This document shows positions 57,426-64,000 of a stretch of 64,000 nt of DNA, in pieces (position 1 is the stretch's first letter; the number at the start of each line of letters is the position of its first letter). The stretch comes from Candidatus Cloacimonadales bacterium (GTDB lineage Bacteria > Cloacimonadota > Cloacimonadia > Cloacimonadales > JAFGVF01). The position numbers and the translations under genes were made by a program. The notes under the pieces are model-generated. The model was given only the letters and a program-made list of their open reading frames with translations. It made no database searches and was not told where the DNA came from. The stretch is taken from the NCBI GenBank assembly GCA_963677495.2, contig CAXXOU010000001.1, positions 512,001 through 576,000 on the forward strand, read 5' to 3'.

Positions 57426-57842
57426 TTATTCCCCCATCAGTGAACTATATAAGAAAGTATCTTCTACTGATTCAAGCGTTGATACTTCAGTTGTTGTTTC
57501 TGTTGTAGTTGTTATGGTTGCTGTTGACCAGAATGCTGTAAAGATTCCAAGATAGAGCGATAAAGCTACTGCTGCTCCGTAAGAAACAAACTTCAAGCTA
57601 AACCCATGTCTTTTCTTCTCTTCCATTGCTCTTGCTTCCGCTAAGATTCTGGTCATCATGTAATCAGGGACATCTTCATCAGGAGTAGAAAGCATAATGT
57701 TATCCAGTAACTCCATATCTTTTACAATGGATTGACAATTAGGGCATGCCTGAAGATGAGCTTCAAAGCTCAATCTTTCCTTGCTTGTCATCTCATCTGC
57801 AAGATATCTGTTTACTGTTTTTTCATCATTTTTACACTTCAT
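57426..57842 (-). CDS. Zinc-binding anti-sigma factor (zf-HC2)
   Basis: Start MKCKND; 'HLQACPNC' HxxxCxxC motif; TM segment. Confidence 0.9.
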   Translation of the reverse strand: MKCKNDEKTVNRYLADEMTSKERLSFEAHLQACPNCQSIVKDMELLDNIMLSTPDEDVPDYMMTRILAEARAMEEKKRHGFSLKFVSYGAAVALSLYLGIFTAFWSTATITTTTETTTEVSTLESVEDTFLYSSLMGE

Positions 57843-57843
57843 T

Positions 57844-58356
57844 TTAAAACTCCTTAACAATATTGACACCGGAAACCTCAATTTCCTTCTCAATAATTTT
57901 TCTTAATCTTTTCTTTGCTCTTACTAGCTTGGATTCTACTGCTTTAACTGAGCATCCAAGCATTTCTGCCATCTCTTTATAACTAAGCTTCTTGTAATAC
58001 TGTAATTCTATCAGCATTGCAACTTTAGATGGCAACTGTACTATAGCCCTCTTAACTACATCATTATAGATGTAACTCTCTTCTTTCGGAGCGTGTATAT
58101 TGTCGAGTACAAAGTCCGGTGCTGACGATGTTCTCTTGCTCTTTTTCAAGTGATTAATCCCCTGGTTCCGAGCTGCTCTATATAGATATGCGAGTTCTTT
58201 ACCTTTCTCTACATCATCTATTTTAGCATAGAACTTCAGGAATACACTCTGAGTAAGATCCTCAGCATCTTCCTTCTGCTTAACAAACTTCAGAAGATAA
58301 TTGTATATCCTCTTTTGGTTTACTCTAACGACGTCTTCGAATAACTCTTTTTTCAT
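57844..58356 (-). CDS. ECF RNA polymerase sigma factor
   Basis: 'DAEDLTQSVF', 'YLYRAARN', 'LSYKEMAEMLG.SV.AVESKL.RAK'; start taken at MKKELF. Confidence 0.92.
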   Translation of the reverse strand: MKKELFEDVVRVNQKRIYNYLLKFVKQKEDAEDLTQSVFLKFYAKIDDVEKGKELAYLYRAARNQGINHLKKSKRTSSAPDFVLDNIHAPKEESYIYNDVVKRAIVQLPSKVAMLIELQYYKKLSYKEMAEMLGCSVKAVESKLVRAKKRLRKIIEKEIEVSGVNIVKEF

Positions 58357-58368
58357 ATACGCTCCACC

Positions 58369-58398
58369 TATATAGACAGGCTTAAGCAAATTCCCTTC
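58369..58398 (-). promoter_or_regulatory. Putative autoregulated ECF promoter
   Basis: Minus strand GAAGGGAATTTGCTTAAGCCTGTCTATA (GGAA...GTCTA) directly upstream of the RBS. Confidence 0.4.
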
Positions 58399-58473
58399 AT
58401 TTTTTTTTGATAATTTATTTAACGAAATGATTCAGGCAACTATTTAATTACTATTATGGCACTTCACTTTCCA

Positions 58474-58533
58474 TGTCATCTTGAGCTAAGTTGGAACGAG
58501 AACTCGAATACATTCACTCCGCTCAGGGTGACA
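58474..58533. repeat. Short inverted copy of the 51004-51330 element (ends only)
   Basis: attcactccgctcagggtgaca is the reverse complement of the 51004 end with one mismatch; tgtcatcttgagctaagt resembles the other end. Confidence 0.7.
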
Positions 58534-58635
58534 TAAAACAAAAAGCTTGATATGTTTGAGAAAGTATCAAGAATGGAGTTCAATTCACATCATGATCGCA
58601 TTTAGAGAATTTTATATATTAAAACGCACGGAGGA

Positions 58636-61600
58636 ATGATGTTCCAGAAAAAATGGTTTTGGGTAGTGTTTACTCTTATCTCACTATCTTCTATTTTCTT
58701 TATTATCAACTACTTCCCCAAAGTAATGTCTTTTATCAATATAGACATCACTATGAACAGAGAGGAAGCTTACGCAAAAACTAAAGAACTTGCTGCAAAA
58801 TTCGATTGGGGAACTGATGAGTTCAAACAAGTAGCTATGTTTGGTGGTACCAACGGTCAGACCTATATCGAACTTGAAGGTGGTGGGAAAGAAGCCTTTA
58901 ACGAACTTCTTAAAAGCGACTTCTACTCACATTACACCTGGATGGTTAGAAGCTATAAACCGGGTGAACTCCTCGAATCATCTACCTATTTCAAACCCAC
59001 CGGTGAACCTTATGGTTTCGAAGTAGACTATCCTGAAGAATTAGAACTTCCAAATCTCACCTCTGATGAAGCCCTTGAACTTGCAAAGACAAAAGCAGAA
59101 TCAGAATGGGGTATTGACTTCACACCTTACAAACTTAATGATAAAAAACTGGTCACTACACCTAAAGGCAGGAAAGATTATACCTTTATCTTCGAAAGAA
59201 CAGACCAGCAGATAGAGGAAGCAAAGTTCCGTCTGAACCTTGCTATTACCGGTAATAAGTTCTCAGCAATGTTCCATTCCTTCAAAACACCGGAAGCTTT
59301 CCAGCGTCGCTATTCTGAGATGCGCTCTGCAAACAATACAATTGCAGGAATTGGTTCAATTCTCATGGTTATTTTCTATGGTGTACTTGGTATCGTTGTT
59401 GGAGCATTTTTCTTAATCAAAACCAAATGGCTTATCTGGAAACAAGCTCTTTTCTGGGGTATTTTTGTAGCACTGCTTGAGTTTATCGCATCCTTCAATA
59501 TGCTCTCTTTATCATGGCTGTGGTATCAAACATCCTCTTCTGTAAATGAACATGTCTTAAACTATGTATCATCTTCCCTAGTCGGTTTCTTCTCAAATGT
59601 TATTCTTCTCTCTGTTTCATTCATGGTGGCTGAGAGTTTGACAAGAAAGGCTTTCGGTAAACATACACAATTATGGAAAAGCTGGAGTCCTAAAGTTGGT
59701 AATTCAGCCAAGACCTTGGGAAACACAATCGGTGCTTATCTCTGGGTTCCTCTTTCTCTGACATATATCTTAGTTTTCTATCTTATCACTACTAAATACT
59801 TCGGTTGGTGGAACTCTTCATCCCTTGGGGTTGACCCTAATACTCTTGCTACCTCTTTCCCTTGGCTCGGTGCTATTGCAATGGCATTGCATGCAGGTTT
59901 CTGGGAAGAATGTCTTTTCAGAGCAGTTCCGATTGCCGGAGCTATCCTTATCGGTAGAAAGTTTGGAAAAGAGAAGCTATTCTTCTGGATTGGTATGATA
60001 TTACAGATTATCATCTTCGGTATGGGACATGCTAACTACGCTGCCCAACCATCTTATGCTCGAGTTATAGAGCTAATCTTCCCTTCAATCGTGTTTGCCG
60101 TTGTATATATCAGATTCGGTCTCTTAGCCGGTGTGCTTATCCACTTTGTGTTTGATGCTGTACTCATGGGACTACCAATCTGGATGGTGGAAACTAATGA
60201 GATGATTGGCAACAAAGTCCTCTTTGTTATAGCACTCCTCTTCCCTATTCTGATACTTGTTTATAGAAGATTCAAAGAAAAAAAGTTAGAGTCAGACCTT
60301 ACAGGTTCTAACAATGAAGACTGGAAACCTGTTATTAAAACCGAAACGGCAAAAGAGAAAGTCGTTGAGAAAAAGCAAAGTTCTAAATCCATAGGTAGAC
60401 TCATACCTATCCTCGGAGCTTTAGGTATAGTCTTAGCACTTCTCTTCTTCAGAGTTGATTACAATTCTTCCAAACTCCAAATCACGAACGATGAAGCAAT
60501 CGCAAAAGCAACAGAGTTTATTGAATCATTAGGTGTGGAAGACCTTGATCAGTATGAGGTGATGACTGAAGCAAGAGGTGGTCACAGAATGGTGAAAAGT
60601 AGGCATTGGTATTTTCTTGGAGAAGAACAATTCAAGAACTTCACTGATGATTTCATTAGAAGTAATGCTATTAGTGTTCGCTTTGCTAAATTTGAAGGAG
60701 ACCTACAAGATAGAGCTGAAGAATATGAAGTTACGTTCACTAAAGATGGTTCTTTGTTTAATTACTGGCATAAATTCCATGAAGAGAGCGAAGGTGCTTC
60801 CTTAACAGAAGAAGAAGCAACTGATCTTGCCAAAACTCATCTGGAAAGGTTACATAGTATTAACTTCAATGATTTAACACTTGTTAGAGCTATGCCATCA
60901 TTAAAAGACAATAGAACTGATTGGAGTTTTACTTACAAAGACACTCTTAATTATGATTTAGGTGATAACCATATCAATTATGGAATCGGGTTTGCCGGAG
61001 ATGAGTTGAGTTCTGTATATAAAGGTATCAAAACTCCAGATAAAGAATGGAAGAAATTCTGGAGCAATATTAGAACCAGAGACTCTATTCATGGCATACT
61101 GAATATTACAACTATGCTTCTCTACTTAGGCTCTTTAATCATTATTATTATTGCATGGACAAAGAAACAGCTAAACATGAAAGTATTCTTTATCCTATTT
61201 GTAATTTTGATACTTGTATCGCTTATCGGTTTTGGACTTGATTATGGTAATATGAAGATGGGATACTCAACCTCTCAACCTCTCGGTAACCAGAATCTCA
61301 TGAACATACTTACAACTATTCTTATGGGTGTTGTAGTGAGTTTCTATGTCAGTATTGTGATGGCGTACTTTGCCAAGAACCGTACAAGTTCAGAGAAGCT
61401 TATGCCACGTTTCTATATAGGAGCTATGGCTGTTGGATTCTATCTTCTAATTATGAGTCTGCTTCCAAAGATCACTGCTACAACTCCGGATTCATCAGTA
61501 ATGACATCAGCAATCCCATTCTTGGGAGCAATCATAGCATCTCTTAAGATGTTCACGCGCTCATTAGCACTGCTTGTGCCGACTTATATAATCTTAGACA

Positions 61601-61953
61601 AGATAACAGACGGTTTCAGTAAAAGAAACGCTCTAACGTTCGTTATTCTACTTCTGATGACTGCTTCATTAGCAATGAACTCAACGTTCATCTATGTTGA
61701 TTCAGCTCAGATTGTAACCTGGCTGATTCTTACTGTTGTGATGACAGTATTAGTATATATCTTAGTAACAAAGTTTATCGCTCAAAACCAACTATCACTT
61801 ATCTGGATTGCAGGTTTCTTAGCAACCTTCAAAACCTTCGCAATGGCAGTTGGTGACAGCTTTGTAGGAGCAAGACTCTACAATTTCGTTGCATCCATAA
61901 TTTTATTAATATCAGTATTCGCATTAGACAGATTTATCGACCGAAGCGAATAG
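58636..61953 (+). CDS. Large membrane protein with a CPBP (CAAX/Abi) intramembrane glutamic protease domain and two extracytoplasmic domains
   Basis: 'GFWEECLFRA', 'IFGMGH', 'LIHFVFD'; the second half repeats the architecture without recognisable catalytic motifs. Confidence 0.85.
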   Translation: MMFQKKWFWVVFTLISLSSIFFIINYFPKVMSFINIDITMNREEAYAKTKELAAKFDWGTDEFKQVAMFGGTNGQTYIELEGGGKEAFNELLKSDFYSHYTWMVRSYKPGELLESSTYFKPTGEPYGFEVDYPEELELPNLTSDEALELAKTKAESEWGIDFTPYKLNDKKLVTTPKGRKDYTFIFERTDQQIEEAKFRLNLAITGNKFSAMFHSFKTPEAFQRRYSEMRSANNTIAGIGSILMVIFYGVLGIVVGAFFLIKTKWLIWKQALFWGIFVALLEFIASFNMLSLSWLWYQTSSSVNEHVLNYVSSSLVGFFSNVILLSVSFMVAESLTRKAFGKHTQLWKSWSPKVGNSAKTLGNTIGAYLWVPLSLTYILVFYLITTKYFGWWNSSSLGVDPNTLATSFPWLGAIAMALHAGFWEECLFRAVPIAGAILIGRKFGKEKLFFWIGMILQIIIFGMGHANYAAQPSYARVIELIFPSIVFAVVYIRFGLLAGVLIHFVFDAVLMGLPIWMVETNEMIGNKVLFVIALLFPILILVYRRFKEKKLESDLTGSNNEDWKPVIKTETAKEKVVEKKQSSKSIGRLIPILGALGIVLALLFFRVDYNSSKLQITNDEAIAKATEFIESLGVEDLDQYEVMTEARGGHRMVKSRHWYFLGEEQFKNFTDDFIRSNAISVRFAKFEGDLQDRAEEYEVTFTKDGSLFNYWHKFHEESEGASLTEEEATDLAKTHLERLHSINFNDLTLVRAMPSLKDNRTDWSFTYKDTLNYDLGDNHINYGIGFAGDELSSVYKGIKTPDKEWKKFWSNIRTRDSIHGILNITTMLLYLGSLIIIIIAWTKKQLNMKVFFILFVILILVSLIGFGLDYGNMKMGYSTSQPLGNQNLMNILTTILMGVVVSFYVSIVMAYFAKNRTSSEKLMPRFYIGAMAVGFYLLIMSLLPKITATTPDSSVMTSAIPFLGAIIASLKMFTRSLALLVPTYIILDKITDGFSKRNALTFVILLLMTASLAMNSTFIYVDSAQIVTWLILTVVMTVLVYILVTKFIAQNQLSLIWIAGFLATFKTFAMAVGDSFVGARLYNFVASIILLISVFALDRFIDRSE

Positions 61954-61974
61954 AATAATCATATAAACATATCA

Positions 61975-62010
61975 AGCCTGCTTTTCAACCGGCAGGCTTT
62001 CTCTTTTTTT
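61975..62010 (+). terminator. Rho-independent terminator
   Basis: aagcctgc...gcaggctt followed by a T-rich tail. Confidence 0.75.
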
Positions 62011-62027
62011 GGGAGTTTGTCAAGTCT

Positions 62028-62138
62028 GTAGGGGTTCAAAAACTTGAACCCTCGTTAAGTGGCAATCATATCGATTGAACTGCATGATTAGAGTAGATAT
62101 CTGGATACACCTGTGGGCTCAAAATGTTGAGCCCCTAC
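62028..62138. repeat. Inverted pair of GTAG-type REPs (REPIN)
   Basis: GTAGgggttcaaaaacttgaaccc ... gggctcaaaatgttgagcccCTAC. Confidence 0.75.
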
Positions 62139-62220
62139 GATAGACAGCTACGCTCTCACCCACATTAACAGCAATACTGCCCACTGCGGTGCAATTCGGA
62201 TAAGCTGACGTCATATTACA

Positions 62221-62260
62221 AGAGTACCATTTTCAAGGTCTAAGGACCATTGAAAAGGTA
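62221..62260. repeat. Dispersed module A (reverse complement of 10426-10464)
   Basis: agagtaccattttcaaggtctaaggaccattgaaaaggta. Confidence 0.8.
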
Positions 62261-62283
62261 TTTTATCCTACTTAATCAATACC

Positions 62284-62439
62284 TTCTCTTTATCTAATCC
62301 CTACAAGAACCTCTTTGCACCGTTAAATAAGTTATGCACCCGATGTGGATAACTTTAAAGGTTCATAGGGAGGGTCTAGGGAGGCTAAAGGGAGGGACAA
62401 GCGAGATTCTTGGTTTTTGTAGGGATTAGATAAAGAGAA
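62284..62439. repeat. Structured dispersed element, copy 2
   Basis: Same core as 12164-12279 (offset 50140) closed by a different stem, ttctctttatctaatccctaca/tgtagggattagataaagagaa. Confidence 0.85.
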
Positions 62440-62593
62440 CCAGTTAACAAAAATGTATTGGAATGGTTATGGGAGGTTAATGATTAAAAGTGGATAATAC
62501 TATTTATTTTGAGTAGCTATTAGCATAGCTTTAACCACAATAGTCATTTAGTTCTATTTTGAACAAATTGATTCTGCTCCAATATAATAATGT

Positions 62594-62623
62594 TTGACAA
62601 CTCAAGAGTATTATGTATATAAT
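62594..62623 (+). promoter_or_regulatory. Consensus sigma70 promoter
   Basis: TTGACA-18 nt-TATAAT. Confidence 0.7.
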
Positions 62624-62655
62624 GATTATGCAAAAAACAAAGATTTGGTGGCTAT

Positions 62656-63837
62656 ATGTTCAAAAGAGTATTTCTTCTGTGTATCATCACGGTTCTATTC
62701 ATAAATCTCTTCTCCACAGATAAACGTTATTTTCAATTGAAAGGGGAGATTGAGGAAGTTCCCAATAGCATTGAGTATGAGTTGTTCATGCGAAATAAAA
62801 AGCTGACAAAGCACCTTATAAAGCCAACTGTTAAGCCTATAACAATGCTACTATACTCTGATATCAGAGGGCTTAAAATCGGGATAGATGGAGTAAGAAG
62901 ACGAGTAAATGAGTTTGATGGATGTTACATGTTTTTTATAAGACATAATTCTGAATATTTATCTGTTGCAAAAGATGGATGCGGTTACTCATCATTCTCA
63001 CTGGGGGATTTGAAACAATCTAAAACATATAAACTTGAGCTGATAACCGATAAAAGATTTATCAATGAAAGATATGATAGTGATTTCGGATATGGTGGAG
63101 GTGGTGGTGGAGACATATCTGATTGTTTTGCTCGTCAACCGATCAAAGTGAATGCGTTAAAGTTTGAGTTTAAAAGAGATTCTAATATGTTTCCATTGAT
63201 CAAAGTGTATGAATCAAGTATAGAAGATTATCCAGTGGAATATAAGGAGAGCAAGGATATTTTTTGGGGTAAACATACGTTTTCACCACGAAAAAGCAAA
63301 ATTCCTAGTAATCTACACACACTAATACTTGATAAGCAATTCGAGGATTCATTTGTAATCAGCTTTAAGTCTTCCCCGAATCCAGAAATATATCGGGATA
63401 ATGCACTTTATAGAAATAGTACACTAATCCGGGGAGAAAGAGAAAGCAACATTTGGATTGAACCTGAGATTTTGGATCAAATAGAGGGTAGTACAGTAAA
63501 AGTAGAATACCCTCAGTTCCATGCGAAACGGATTGGAAGAACACCAAAAACCAATAAATATACAGTACCTCCTATTGCGATTTATACCTTGCAACCAATA
63601 TATGCTGGGATCAATTTTAAGAAGGGTAAAAAACCTCATAGAGTTATATGCGATGTGGAGGTATTCAAAGATGGTACAGTAGGAGCAGTAGAGATAGATA
63701 ATTTAAGAAGATATGATGATGAAGAGTACATACTGAATACAATGAAAAAATGGGAGTTTATTCCTGCACAGCTTAATGGTGATGCCACTGATTGCTGGGT
63801 AAAGATTCCGATTATGATGGGAACGGAGGTGTGGTAA
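62656..63837 (+). CDS. Exported protein with C-terminal TonB-like domain
   Basis: Signal peptide; 'V...VEV.KDGTV..VEI...MKKWEFIPAQLNG....WVKIPI' TonB_C-like motif. Confidence 0.65.
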   Translation: MFKRVFLLCIITVLFINLFSTDKRYFQLKGEIEEVPNSIEYELFMRNKKLTKHLIKPTVKPITMLLYSDIRGLKIGIDGVRRRVNEFDGCYMFFIRHNSEYLSVAKDGCGYSSFSLGDLKQSKTYKLELITDKRFINERYDSDFGYGGGGGGDISDCFARQPIKVNALKFEFKRDSNMFPLIKVYESSIEDYPVEYKESKDIFWGKHTFSPRKSKIPSNLHTLILDKQFEDSFVISFKSSPNPEIYRDNALYRNSTLIRGERESNIWIEPEILDQIEGSTVKVEYPQFHAKRIGRTPKTNKYTVPPIAIYTLQPIYAGINFKKGKKPHRVICDVEVFKDGTVGAVEIDNLRRYDDEEYILNTMKKWEFIPAQLNGDATDCWVKIPIMMGTEVW

Positions 63838-64000
63838 TGAAGAGTTATAGGCTACTCATGACACTCATATTTCTTAACATCTTATGCATAGCTTTTACTT
63901 TAGAAATCAATGTTATAGAGAAAACAAAACTAAATCCCCAACATATAGGTTTACAATTACTGCCTGAAGAAGAGAAAACCAACCTCACTGCTTTACTCAT
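63837..64000 (+). CDS. Exported protein, truncated by the window end
   Basis: TAATG coupling with GGAGG RBS; MKSYRLLMTLIFLNILCIAFTLEINV..., open to the end. Confidence 0.6.
   Translation, partial: MKSYRLLMTLIFLNILCIAFTLEINVIEKTKLNPQHIGLQLLPEEEKTNLTALL

Noticed and set aside
483..63639. Many 60-115 aa ORFs antisense to or nested in long genes
   Set aside because: Shadow ORFs of strongly codon-biased genes, with no RBS or recognisable motifs

Overview
AT-rich bacterial window. The C-terminal 'NYPNPFNP...FlgD-Ig/T9SS-type-A-like' sorting domains and the gene families suggest an FCB-group organism, most likely Cloacimonadota; this is an inference. Contents: (i) large secreted acidic multidomain proteins, including three paralogues with FN3-like 'YYWQVVPYN...CPVWSFTT' repeats; (ii) a single-locus type IVa pilus cluster (pilA-pilT-minor pilins-pilMNOP-pilQ-Ig-like lipoprotein-pilB-pilC) with a sigma54-like promoter; (iii) an accessory island (10.4-18 kb) holding an uncharacterised gene next to a 112-113 bp tandem array of three hairpin modules, a methyltransferase plus frameshifted nuclease-helicase pair, and a small-ORF plus papain/C39-like peptidase pair; (iv) an ECF sigma/anti-sigma/CpxP-like operon, a CPBP protease fusion and a TonB-domain protein. 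Intergenic DNA is unusually structured: REP/BIME-like mosaics, convergent 11-bp-period arrays, two copies of a DnaA-box/G-tract element with completely swapped closing stems, and a covarying GGA-rich 5' leader shared by two adhesin-like paralogues. No CRISPR array, rRNA, tRNA or transposase was recognised. All alignments and pairings were done by eye.
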